Assembly (NCBI GenBank): GCA_051942245.1
Contig: JAVECL010000024.1
Location: 62,001 to 94,397, forward strand
Reading direction: 5' to 3'
Length of the DNA: 32,397 nt
DNA from: Trypethelium eluteriae
Taxonomy: Eukaryota
The position numbers were made by a program, and so were the translations under genes. The notes under the pieces are model-generated. The model was given only the letters and a program-made list of their open reading frames with translations. It was not told the origin of the DNA and ran no database searches. Positions 10,004 through 21,153 of the stretch are shown in pieces (position 1 is the first letter of the stretch; every line of letters starts with the position of its first letter).

Positions 10004-13000
10004 TCAGATGCTTGTCAACCGTCTCTCCTCGAATCTATCAATCAGAAGCCATTGCAAAACCTTGGGATGATCTCTTGCCACTGCCACTGCACTCAAGATA
10101 CGCGATTTCTTCTGGTAAGCGACGTCAGCACCAGCATTGACGAGCAATCGAACGGCTTCTAGTCGCCCTGCCCCTGCAGCACACATGAGTGCAGTGCCCT
10201 CCGGTCCTCCTTCCGCGTCAACATTTGCTCCTGCATCCAGAAGAGCCTGGAGGACCGAAATCTGGTTTCTCGCCGTGGCTAAATATAACAGAGATACGTC
10301 ATATGTTGGTTTGTGGTTGATGATTTGTAGAGCTCCGCAAGCCTTGAGCTTTCGTAGTACTGCCTTAAGCAGCGGCAAGCAGAGCTCAGGCCCTCTCAGA
10401 AATTCATGGAGGACGTTTCCATGGATAGGAGAACAGCAGGAGATATCAGTACCACAATTGAGAAGAAATGTTCGTATTGCAGGCTCTCGAGATGCGAAAC
10501 CTAACAAGCAAACGTCGTTACCTTTGCTGTCTACGGTGTCAAGGGCTAACCCACACCACCATAGATATGCAGCGACTTGTGCGTGGCCACCTGTGGCAGC
10601 TATATGTGATGCTTGTTGCCCATATGTGTCATATAGTCTCAAATTCGCGCCGCAATTTGCAAGCAATTCCACGTGGTCGTAGTATCCGAGCGAGGCAGCC
10701 ACCATAACTGACGTCCACATCCAATGGTCTTGTGCGTTGATAAATGCACCCCTTGACACTCGTTGTGTGGTGGCGGCGAGCTTCCCACCACGAACAGCAG
10801 AATGTAATGGAGTACTTCCCTCATAATCGGTATTGTTCACGCGAGCGCCATGTTCAAGCAGGATTATTGCCGCTCTCGCATTGCCGGCATGACTTACAAG
10901 ATGCAGGGCTGTCGCTCCCCTTCCTGCCCCACGAGAAGGCACGCTGTGTGATCTAAAAAGACCTCTTTCTGTTCGAATGTCAACAGGGTAGGGCTCGACC
11001 ATGGCAATCGATCCGGTGAGCAAGACATTCAAAATTTCAAACTGGCTATGCAAGGCTGTAACATGAAGGAGGGGTATCGGGTGGCCATAGTCTAGCGCAG
11101 TAGGCTCTTGCCTGATTATTTGATTGAACAGTTCCAGCTTTCCGTGGCAGACACAGTAGTGCAGTGCTGACCACCCGGGGTTACTCAACGATTCGCAACT
11201 TTTTCCCCCAGCGCTCCCGCCGTTCTCTAGCAAGATTGAAGCAATGTCCCACTGTCTGCAGGCCAAGGCAAAGAGCACTGGACTACACCCGAAACAGTCT
11301 GTAAATCCCTGGGTGAGATCCATGTCCTTGGATAATTTTCGGCACCAGTCGAGTTCTCCTAACTTGATGGCTTTTTGTAAAACGGTTCGCAGGTGCTCTT
11401 GAGTTTTTTGACCTACCCCGAATCGTCAGTAGCCTGGTCTATGTCAGGTAGTATCGCTTCACCTGTCTCTCCAAGATGAGCCTTCAGTATCTCAACAATC
11501 TCAGTCTTCTCATGACTTCTGGCAACTTGGATCGCGTTAATAGCCGAATCGAGGAGATTATTCAACGCGACTCCGCTCTGTAGGAACAGCTGCACCACCT
11601 CAGTGTAACCTCCTCGCGCCGCTAATTGAAGAGCAGTCCATTGACCAGTCTCATCCAAGACCGTCATGTTCACGTCTGCGCCTGATCGGATCAACTGAGA
11701 CACAGCTTCTGCATTGCCACAGTTGGCTGCAACATGTAGAGGCGTACGGCCTCTGCTAGAGAGACTATCAATCTCACAGTGCGGTCTAGTCTCCAGAAGG
11801 TAGGCCAGGCAATCCTGGTTACCAAGGCCGACTGCTACATGCCATATTGTTGCCTCATCGGAATGATTAGATGATTTGAAGAAGGTTGCTCTTGCAGTCC
11901 AGTTAACGTGTGAGTCCTCAAGAAACCTCAAGATTGCGACGTGATTGCAACTACAGGCATAGTAAGCAGCGTTGCAGCCGCTGATATCTACCGAACTGGT
12001 GTCGGCTCCCTTTTCGATGAGAAACTTGACACAGTCTAGTTGTCCTTTAGCTGAGCCTATCAGCAGGGGAGTTCTGTGCTTGACATCTTGGGCGTTGATG
12101 TCAGCACCTTCATCAAGAAGTACCCTGCATACGTCGATGTGACCGTTAGCGACAGCGCTCATCAGGGGAGTCTCCATTGAGGCATTTCTAAGACCATGAG
12201 TTATTTTCAACCCAGCTCTTTTTCTGAAAAGCCGTTGGACGACATCGACCCTACCCCATCGACACGCACTGTGGAGTAGCGTTTCACCTGAAGGATACAC
12301 CCTCAGTTCCTGAGCCTCCAACACAGAAAAAGCATATATTGAAGCGATATTGCTGTCTCTCAAGAACTCATCTTGACCTATGTCGTCGCAGATTATATCC
12401 AGAACCTCGAACCAATGCTCCTTGTCATGATCAGGTTCTAGCGTTCGCGAGAGAAGCTCTACCAGCTTTGGAAAGTGAGATTGCCTGCATGAATCATCTT
12501 TGATCATATGGAGAACTACACTCCACGCGGGTCGTGATAGACCAAGAACTTCCGAAAGGGGGCTCGAACCGTCAATATCTTGTTCAGCTGGACTGTGCCC
12601 GCGATCCATCAGCATTCGTACTGTTTCTACAAAGCTGCCGAATATATACTGAGATTCGTTCTGGAAGATTCCGTCAACCGCATAGTGGAGAACACTGCGT
12701 CCACGATTGTCATAATTGTGCGTGTTACTGGAGAGAGTGAGAAGATAATCGAGTGCCATATGTTGCCCTCCCTCAGCAGCTGAGTGAAGAGGTAGCATTC
12801 CGCCTCTTGACCGACACTGTGTCAGCTGCTCTAGACCCTTGGGACGTGTGGTGAGGAACTGAATTAGATCGAGATATCCTTCCGCTGCTGCAATGTGAAA
12901 TACGGTCAAGCCCCATATATCCTCACGACGGAGATCGCCACCGGCATTCAGAAGTCGTATAAGACATTCCTTGGCACCATGTAGGCTACTAACATGGAGG

Positions 13001-16000
13001 GCGGACATATGATTAGAAGGATCGACTTGGTTAGGATCAGCACCCTTGTCCAGAAGCACTTGAACAACATCGACGTGATTTAAAGAAGCTGCTACGAACA
13101 ACAGTGGTCTCTCTTGGCCATCTCTAACGAGATCTAGGTCGGATTTTGAGACTTGATTTAGAAGTCCGCGGAGGATATCAGCCTGACCATGCCTTACCAC
13201 GGATATCAAGGTTCGATGAAAGCTCGCAGTGTCGTGAGTAGTATCTGGAGAACGGGGCTTGTTTCGAGCATGGCTATGCGTTGCTACTAATTGACTGAGG
13301 GCTTTTTTGCCAGGACTATCCAGCTTTTCCTTGTCGATAGCTCGAATGAACTGCGTGATCAAATTACGCGGCTCCGAGCCAAGAGTCCATAGACCTGGGA
13401 ATTCTGCGGGTGCATCCATGATTGATTGAAGATCTCCAGTAGACGGGCGTGCACCTGCTCGACAGACATCAGGTAGTAATACTGGTGCCAGCCGCATACA
13501 TAATTGTATGACCGTCCAGGGAATATGCTTATTAAGAAAAGACCGCCACTGTCGATTGGGGTCTGCACCAGCGGCTAGCAATACTCGTGCAGCACGATAG
13601 TGGTTTTGCGAAATGCAATTGGCTTTTTCCTTCCATTTTGAGGGGACGCAAAATACGAGATCTCCGAGGATGGCGCAATGTAGAGGTGTTCCGAGGCTAC
13701 TCAAATGATTCGGATCAGAGTTTTCCGAAATCAGTACCGAACACCCAGCCGAATCGCCTCTTTGTGCAGCGAAGTGTAGAGGATGGGTCGTTATTATGTT
13801 TTGGGTCCATGTTCTCAAGTCGTTGTTCGAGAGCTTTAGCTGCTCAAACCTGCCAATCTGCATTACGCAATACTCTTGAGCCCAAGCCAAAAACGTCATT
13901 GGTCGCGCCTTATCGAGCAGTGTACGCATTCCAGCTGCCACTGAATCATGTTCTTCCGTACTTCTATACTTTAACAGGCTGTTGTCTGTCATTATTCGAC
14001 CGCGGAGGGGATATTTACTGTACTTCCTCTTCAATTCGTCCCAACTGTCCGCTAAAGGGCCATTAAAGTCTTCTAAGCAGAGATATCGAAGTAAACTTCG
14101 TTGGATAGACACTGCATTTTCGCTTAAGTCAAGCCGATAAGCCGCAAAATGAGGATGCTTAACAGGATCGATTTGCGTAAGAAACTCCTAAGGGCCAGCA
14201 TTAGCAAAAGTTATAATACGAAACGCTGAATTAGATAGTGGATAGAGGGCATCTAAAAGCTCTATCGAATACAGGGACGATTTGTGCATGCAATCACCAC
14301 ATGGGTAAGCAGGGAATATCCTTCTGATCAAGACGGGTGAGCATTGAAGATGAATTGAGTATATTGTGGGTACGTGTGCAGCGAGGAAACGTTGAGTGCT
14401 TGGTGCAATGTGAAAGAGCATTTTGACTGTACCGCGAGCAATTGCGGCCCAAAACACGTGAAGTCATCAAGACAACTAGACATTAAGAATGCTCATCTTT
14501 GAAATAAGCTTTGACGGCATTGTCATCACTTGAACTGTGTTAAGGAGACTCTAGAAAATTCAATGAATTGTCATGCGTAAGTGAACACAACACCAAATAC
14601 AGCTACTCGAAACGCAAACAGTCGTGGTGATAGACCGGAGTGTGCGTATTCTGGAAAGTTCGTACCTGAACAGTGAAGTGAGTAGATTCTATAAAATCAT
14701 TACTTGGATTTTGCCGGAGCAGGCTGCTGCATAGGCACAATATTTCTTCTTCATCAGGTACTGACCCTGGATCGATCCGCTTAGTATCGTCGTCGAAGGA
14801 AATAGCCTCACATAGCGCTTTGGTGGGGAGTGGATCAATTCCAGGCCAAGCGAAAGTCCAACGGAGAGCTTTCTGAACGATCCTTTGACTGTAGATATTT
14901 TTTCTATTTATTCTTTCAAGAATGCGCTCATAGGTCTCAAACAGAGTCGGAGGCAAAGACTGTAGCGCGGTACGGCGACTTGCATCGGTAGGGAGCTCAC
15001 AGAGGAAGTCCATCTGACAAGCTACCCAGCGAAACATACCCTGTGCCCCATGCATAAGCTTTTGAGCGATGACTTCTTTTAGAGACGCGTCCCTCAATCG
15101 TAGCTTCTTGTTTGCGATTCGTTGCTCGAGCTCCGCAGCGACGTATAGCCGAATATCGCTACTTCTGGCCGCAATAGACATTTTTCCAAAATCAATCACT
15201 CGCTGGCGAATTTCTAGCTCGTCACGACTGAGGAGTAGTACTTTGACGACCGAGGAGCTTTCTCGAAGCTGACGTAGCATCTGAACGACCAAGCTCTGAT
15301 TGTCGCCGCACTCATCAGCTCCATCGACAATGACCAAGCAACTAGCGAAGAACCGGCTAGCTTGAACGAAAAGATCTTCAAGCTCATGCACGCCGGGGAG
15401 AAACCATTGCCTTCCACGAGACGTACTGTCTCGAAAATGCTTCTCGATCACTTGGAAACTCGACTCATTTTGCAGTACCAGTTGGCGCAATAGAGAAGCT
15501 AGGACATTGGCGGGGACCTGCGAGTCGAGGGTCTTATAGTCACAGAAAAAGTAGACGACTGCATTCTCCGAGGATTCAGTAGCAGCTTGAGTAATTGCGT
15601 ACTCGATGGCAGATGCGGCGAGAATACTCTTGCCTACACCAGGCTGGCCATATAACCATAATCCCGTGTTTGGTGAAGTGACCCATGTTTGGAACTCTTC
15701 GCTCTCGGTAAGCCAGATACCCGTACCAGGATGTCTCAGCCTCAAATTCGTTTCATAATTCGCTCTGGGTACGATCTGGCTGAAGTGGTTGAGTATTTTT
15801 TCTCGGTCCTTGTCAATGACTATCCTTGTCTCTGCCTCAAATTGGTGCTTAAGGTGGCCCAGAATCTTGCTCACTCCGTCTTGCACGGCATGGATTCTAC
15901 CTTGCACAGTGCCCAATCCTCCTATTGCAGCTAGTATCGCTTTCGTATTATTTGCTGCCAAGGCAACACTCAAAGTCGTCTTTTGTCGTTCAACAGCCTG

Positions 16001-16342
16001 TACAAGCTCCTTGGTGTCAGCAGACGATAGAGGCCATTTCCAGCGAGAGGCCGGCGTTGCGTATTTGTCGAGTTCAGCCTTGATCTTTTCCAGAACTTTA
16101 TGAGAAGCATGGAGGTAAGGGAGTCGTATGGGTTGGAATCCAGGTTCATGGGCTAGTTCTTCGGCAACAAGCTTAAAACTTTGTAGTAGACCGTAAAACG
16201 TTGAGGTCTCTACGATGAGCCTATTGACCTCTTCTCGAGCACCTCGAACACCGTCGGCGTATTTATATAGCCTTCGTACAACAGCGTCAGCGAGGCCGAT
16301 TAAGCCTGCAACACTTGCTACGAGCGATAGACCATCAGCCAT
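10004..16342 (-). CDS. Fungal NLR-like STAND protein: HeLo-like/SesA-type N-terminus, NACHT, winged helix, long ankyrin array; exons 16342-14666, 14187-11463, 11412-10004 (~1936 aa)
   Basis: N-terminus MADGLSLVASVAGLIGLA, Walker A GQPGVGKS, Walker B VIVDGADEC, GMFRWVACQ, LPPTLFETYERIL. Intron 14665-14188 gives HFTVQ|EFL. The 50-nt intron 11462-11413 (GTGAAG..TACTGAC..TAG) puts the last ankyrin ORF in frame. Many TPLHxA/GADxN repeats. Confidence 0.85.
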
Positions 16343-17186
16343 AAGAGCCAACACGGTAGGGTGGTCGGATTGGAAACGCTGAAAATGCGGAGATCAAATA
16401 GGTTCGTACTCAGGCGCCCACGACCTTTAGGCTCTAACCACACACCTGGATTCTGCACCTCGAATGTATGTTGGAGCTTGATTATGCACTATAGCATGCA
16501 CGTACGTGCGGCAAGGCAGAACAATTTCCATATTTTGATGGACAATCGGTCGGTTGGTAAATGAGGCCAGGCTGAAATATGCACCTAAATACCCGGCCTT
16601 GCTTTCAACCCTGTAGGTCACATGTTGCTGTACAGCTTGTCCAGAGTATCCTAATGTGCCTCTTCGAGAGATTGTACAGTCCCTCGAGCGCCGCAGCAAG
16701 AAGACGTTCCTATGAATGGCAGAATCAGCACGAGTCCCGGAAGGAACAGCCTTTTGCCTTCAAGGAGAGAATGTTAAGGGTCGATCAGACACCAGAGTCA
16801 TAAGCACCGACAGCGAGGCATTTGACGATACCAAGATGTCACTAATACGGCTCTTCCTATGTAAAGATTAAAGTGGTGGAGACATCTCATCATGTGTTCT
16901 GGAATGTAAGCATCGGGACGAATTGAAAAGCAGACACACCTATACTTGACAGGCACGGTTCTCTGAGACCTCGATGGTCTTGCCAGAGTTGTTGGACCAC
17001 ACGAAGAGATCATATTTTTTGAAAGCCTGAGAAGCTGATTTTCCGGTTTGGTGAACGGTTGCGCCTCCGATTACCATGGAAGTTGTTAGAGTAGCTCGTC
17101 GGCTTGTGGCAGAACTTTGTACCGAGTAGAGCACCAAGTACGGACGGAATCAACTCAAAGCTACACGCGTCAATGCCTCATTCTTC

Positions 17187-18060
17187 ATGAATGCACATAG
17201 GTGGAGACTTCAGGCATTACTGCCTCAAGCCTCTCCGCTCGTTTCGAGATGGTGTTCTCGCTATGAAGGCTGTCGAGTGGCCGCGCTGAGACCTTCTACA
17301 CAACTTCAATGGCAGACACGGAGCTTCAAAGTGTATCCGAGTCTGAACAAGAAACGCGATAAAGCTACTCGGGAAGAGGGCCGACCTAAGGGCGAGATTG
17401 CTGGTACCGAAGACCCGTATGATTTTGCTGTTCTGAATAGAGGCATTGAGGAATCGATGTCACAGTTGACTGCAGATCTCGACAAGCTGCGCCCTGGAGG
17501 ACGGTTTAATCCAGAAATCCTTGAAGCGGTGACCGTGGCACTGGGCAAAGGCAACAGCGGACATAAGCAGAAACTGGGCAGTCTCGCGCAAATAGTGCCT
17601 AAAGGGAGGACTTTGACGGTTTTTGTGGAGGACCAAGATGTGCGTCGTTTAAAGGCAGAGCCCGCCTTGGACAGCCAATATACTTTGCACTTGCTGACTT
17701 GAATCTATGTAGCATGTGAAATCAATAACCTCCGCTATTCTTGCGTCGAACCTCAATCTCACACCGCAGCCTGCATCCGACAATCCGAGCAACCTTATCA
17801 TCAACCTCCCGCCTACAACGAAAGAATCACGAGACCAAGCTGTCGCAACGGCACAGAAAGCGGCAGATGTGGCTAATAATAAGATAAGGAATGCGAGGCA
17901 AGCGCAACACAAAAAGCTCCGGCAAATGCAGTTGGATAAGAAGGCCAGACCGGATGACCTGAAGAAAGCTGGAGACAAGATGGAGAAAGCTGTTGCGGAG
18001 GCAACCTCAAAGGTCAAGACGGAGGTGGACAAGAAGAAGAAAGTGCTGTCTAGCGCTTGA
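17187..18060 (+). CDS. RRF1: Mitochondrial ribosome recycling factor; exons 17187-17639, 17713-18060
   Basis: Arg-rich presequence-like N-terminus, LRPGGRFNP, LGSLAQIVPKGR, SNLNLTPQ, LPPTTKESR, IRNAR. Intron 17640-17712 is GTGCGT..GCTGAC..TAG. Confidence 0.88.
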
Positions 18061-18178
18061 AAAGTTTGAAAAGAAAGTCGTTCATCCCAAATGATCTAGC
18101 GCTCCAGCTACGACATAAGCCTGGCGCAGGCGGCGTCTTCGTGTACTGAAGTCAAAGTCTGGATGAATCCAAGGATAG

Positions 18179-19025
18179 TCATGAGACATTCTTCTCCAAC
18201 CAATCCTCCCACTGTTCCTTTGTAAAGCTGCTCGAAATGCTGTTTTCGACAAGGCCCTATGATTCAATCAGCTCGAGCACTGGCAAGATCGGGCGTCTTT
18301 CGAAACTCACATTAAACAATACAGTTGGCGTCACATGGATCCCCACTAGGCGGTTCGCCTACAACTCTTGTCAGTACGATTCTTCGATTCACCAACTCCT
18401 AGTTCGGGCCTTCCGAGGCGTTCGGCTCCACTCACCTTAACGATAGGCTTCAAATCATTCGTCACCCCATTCCCACTATTCAGCGATCCATCCTCCCCTG
18501 GCTTATCACTGATCTTCAACAGCTCAAATATCTTTCCTTCATCTACTCCTTGGACGCTCCCTGCCAGCTTCGCTAAACGCTCATATATTTTGTTCCTGGT
18601 CTCATTCACAACGCTGACATCGAAATAATCCTTCTGGTGCTCAAATAGCTTCTCGCTAAACGCCCAGAATGATCCAGGTGCAACTTTTTGCACGGCGAGC
18701 GCGGCTTCGTGAACAAGTGTAGAAGATGGGTGCCAGGGTTGAATTTGTGGGCGAAAGATGATGGTCAAGTTAGGAGAGACACGTTTGTACGTGGTGGTGG
18801 GAAGGACGGTAGTGTAGAGCGTTTTGAACATCTTGGCGGAGAATGGACAGACGTAGTCAAGGACTGGAAGGCAAACCAATCAGCCATTGTCTCCTAAGGT
18901 CTGGGTTGGTGGAACCAGCGCGATGAAGGTAACCAAAATGACATACAAAATTCCAGTGTATGGACAGTCTGTTTGGAGCCTTCGGGACCCAGCCTGAGTC
19001 CAGCATATTTGGGAGCGAGTGCCAT
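18179..19025 (-). CDS. Thioredoxin/DsbA-like fold protein with single-Cys CPFS motif; exons 19025-18947, 18863-18436, 18358-18311, 18256-18179
   Basis: MALAPKYAG..HTLEF|FLDYVCPFSAK..QIQPWHPSS..GNGVTNDLK..|ANRLVGIHVTPTVLFN|GLVENSISSSFTKEQWEDWL, with three canonical introns. Confidence 0.87.
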
Positions 19026-19171
19026 GATTTGTTGATTGACTGAAACTGATTGAAAATTCTTAGGAGAGGAAGATATGTGGCGTCCGCGCGAAGCTCGAAT
19101 ATATGGAGGGGTTGGCAAAGCTTTGGAGAAAGCAGATTGGCGAAGTATTATGACGTCCGGTGGGGTACTAA

Positions 19172-19590
19172 TTAGAGTACCTTGCCATGCTTACCACGCC
19201 GTGCAGGCTTACCACGCTTCCTCTTCCATGATTTTGCAACCACCACACTAGGTACTGTACTATACTCCTTACTTCCACTTTGTCAGCCTTATCAATCAAA
19301 TGTGTGTTATGCACGCACTGCTTGCCCTGCCACTTGCGCTTTATGATCCTTGGAAGACTTTCTCTCATCTCATACTTGTCGTCCCTGAAAAATAAAAGGG
19401 CCGCCTTCCATACTTCCTTTAAACAGTGCCCGATACCACGAAGTAGGATTGTCAAGAGCTTTCCTTTAGGGGTTCTCCATGCCAGAGTCCAAAATCCTTC
19501 AAAGCGTCTTGGTTGTTCCGGGTGTCCTGGAAGTTCCCACCCTTCTGATTCTTCCGACCCTTCTGGATGCTCTGAATTCTCTGACGACAT
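19172..19590 (-). CDS. Putative small orphan protein; possible intron from 19318 to 19272 or 19260 (unspliced ORF ends at 19168)
   Basis: ATG at 19590, tripeptide-periodic acidic N-terminus, donor GTGCGT and branch GCTGAC. Splicing yields a basic tail. No recognisable family. Confidence 0.4.
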
Positions 19591-20042
19591 TGGGACAAAA
19601 TCGGTCGCTGATCCATAATATAAGGCATACTACCGAACAGATCCAAAACCATGCTTTGATAGCATTTGCGGTGAAGAATTGTCTAGTAAAACATGATCTG
19701 TGGCGCTGAAAAGATGTATGGTTCAAACAAGATGCACCTGCCCTACTATCTCAAACTGCCTCCGTGGTTTGGTTTGCGAACTGAAGGAGCTAGGCGACTG
19801 TCAGCAAAAACTGCAATTGCGTTGGAGCGACACGGAAGGAAAACGGCAGCGCTACTTCCCCAAACAATGTAAACAGAGATCGTGCATAAGGATCCTCTCA
19901 TTCAAAGCTTACTCTTCCTCTTCCTTCTCCTTCTCCTTCATTTCCTTCTCATCAATCACTATTCCTTCAAGTCCTTGTTAACTCTCTACACTCCTTACGA
20001 GACTATTCTATTGACTGCTACGACCCCACCCTCAATCCTGAA

Positions 20043-20883
20043 ATGCATTTTCTCAACATGAAATTCCACCGTCTTTCCGTCCTCTCTGCTCTCACTGCTC
20101 TCACTCCTCTCACCTTTACCAATGCCGAGCCACGTCCACAAGGTCCTGTACCGTTTGGTAGCACGCCTTCATCCTACAACCAGACTGGCCCTGGGAACAG
20201 CACCTCCAATTCTACATATCTCCAGATCCCGGCTGTGGTCACTGACTCAGACGGCAACTCGCAATTTCAGTGCTGGCAGCTCAACAGCCCTTTTACGTCT
20301 ACACCATTCGGCAGCAATGGATCTCAGCTCGGCTTTGGAGATGTCTCCGGGGCGTCGATTACGGTACAGCCGCCTGACAGCAATACGGGCGTGCATACGA
20401 CCTCAATGCCTGCGTACGTCTCTTCCAGGCTTTCCTTCTTCCATCTATCCTTGTCTTCGTCGCTTCTTAGCTCTTTCATATCGTATCTTCGCTCCTCCCG
20501 CACTCCCAATCTCATGCCTCAGAACTCTCCTCCTCTCCCTCGTCTCCAAACCCCCAACTTTCAACCTCTACTTCTTTACAAATTCCCACCTCATTGCACA
20601 TCAGCTAACGTTATCACTATATAGACTACTCCATGTCCTCTCAGGCCTCCTCAGTATCACTCTTCCTAACAACTCCACTTCCACCGCCTGGGTACTCGGC
20701 GGCGTCTCCGGCTCGCTGATTTTAGCCGACACGACCGGCTCAGGCCATAACACTTCGCATCCAAGCGATGAGAGTACAGTCATCATCACGATGCCGTTTG
20801 CAGGTGCTGTTATTCCGGCACATACAATCGTCGGATACGATGTGTGCAGCACGAATCTAGGGGCATTAGGGCAGGCCACGTGA
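20043..20883 (+). CDS. Small secreted protein with probable cupin-like fold; exons 20043-20413, 20625-20883 (start could be 20058)
   Basis: Signal-peptide-like MKFHRLSVLSALTALTPLTFTNA, SQFQCWQL, GVHTT, LSGLLSITLP, GGVSGSLILADTTGSGH, several NxS/T sequons. Intron is GTACGT..GCTAAC..TAG. Confidence 0.75.
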
Positions 20884-21153
20884 AAGGGGAACAGAGTAGG
20901 TATGCGAGTAAGGCAATGAGCTGGTAGGGTACCGGTGAAATAGAACCCTACGGAAATGGGTTTTTCGAGGGGTCACTCCTGTATCTGAGTATGCTAGGCT
21001 AAGCAATGTCTTCTATTGATCCATGCATACGTGTCCAGCTAGGCTCATAGCGATCCCGAGACCCGAGTTCTCCTTAACTGTACAATGAACCCGCTCGTTC
21101 TCAGCAACTAAGTTGTCCGGATATCATTGCATAAATAGCAACAGATGCAGCTC

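Noticed and set aside
10004..11323. Separate ankyrin gene starting at 11323
   Set aside because: The ankyrin-like frame extends upstream of this ATG and a phase-compatible intron joins it to the NLR.
14440..14535. C-box-like GTGATGA in NLR intron 1 (possible C/D snoRNA)
   Set aside because: No downstream CTGA D box on that strand within the intron.
16498..16509. 12-bp palindrome GCACGTACGTGC upstream of the NLR
   Set aside because: Single short palindrome with no supporting context; function cannot be assigned.
16361..17137. Short ORFs between the NLR and RRF1 as possible amyloid-motif effector partners
   Set aside because: No G/N/Q-rich pseudo-repeat or effector domain is visible, and the ORFs look random.
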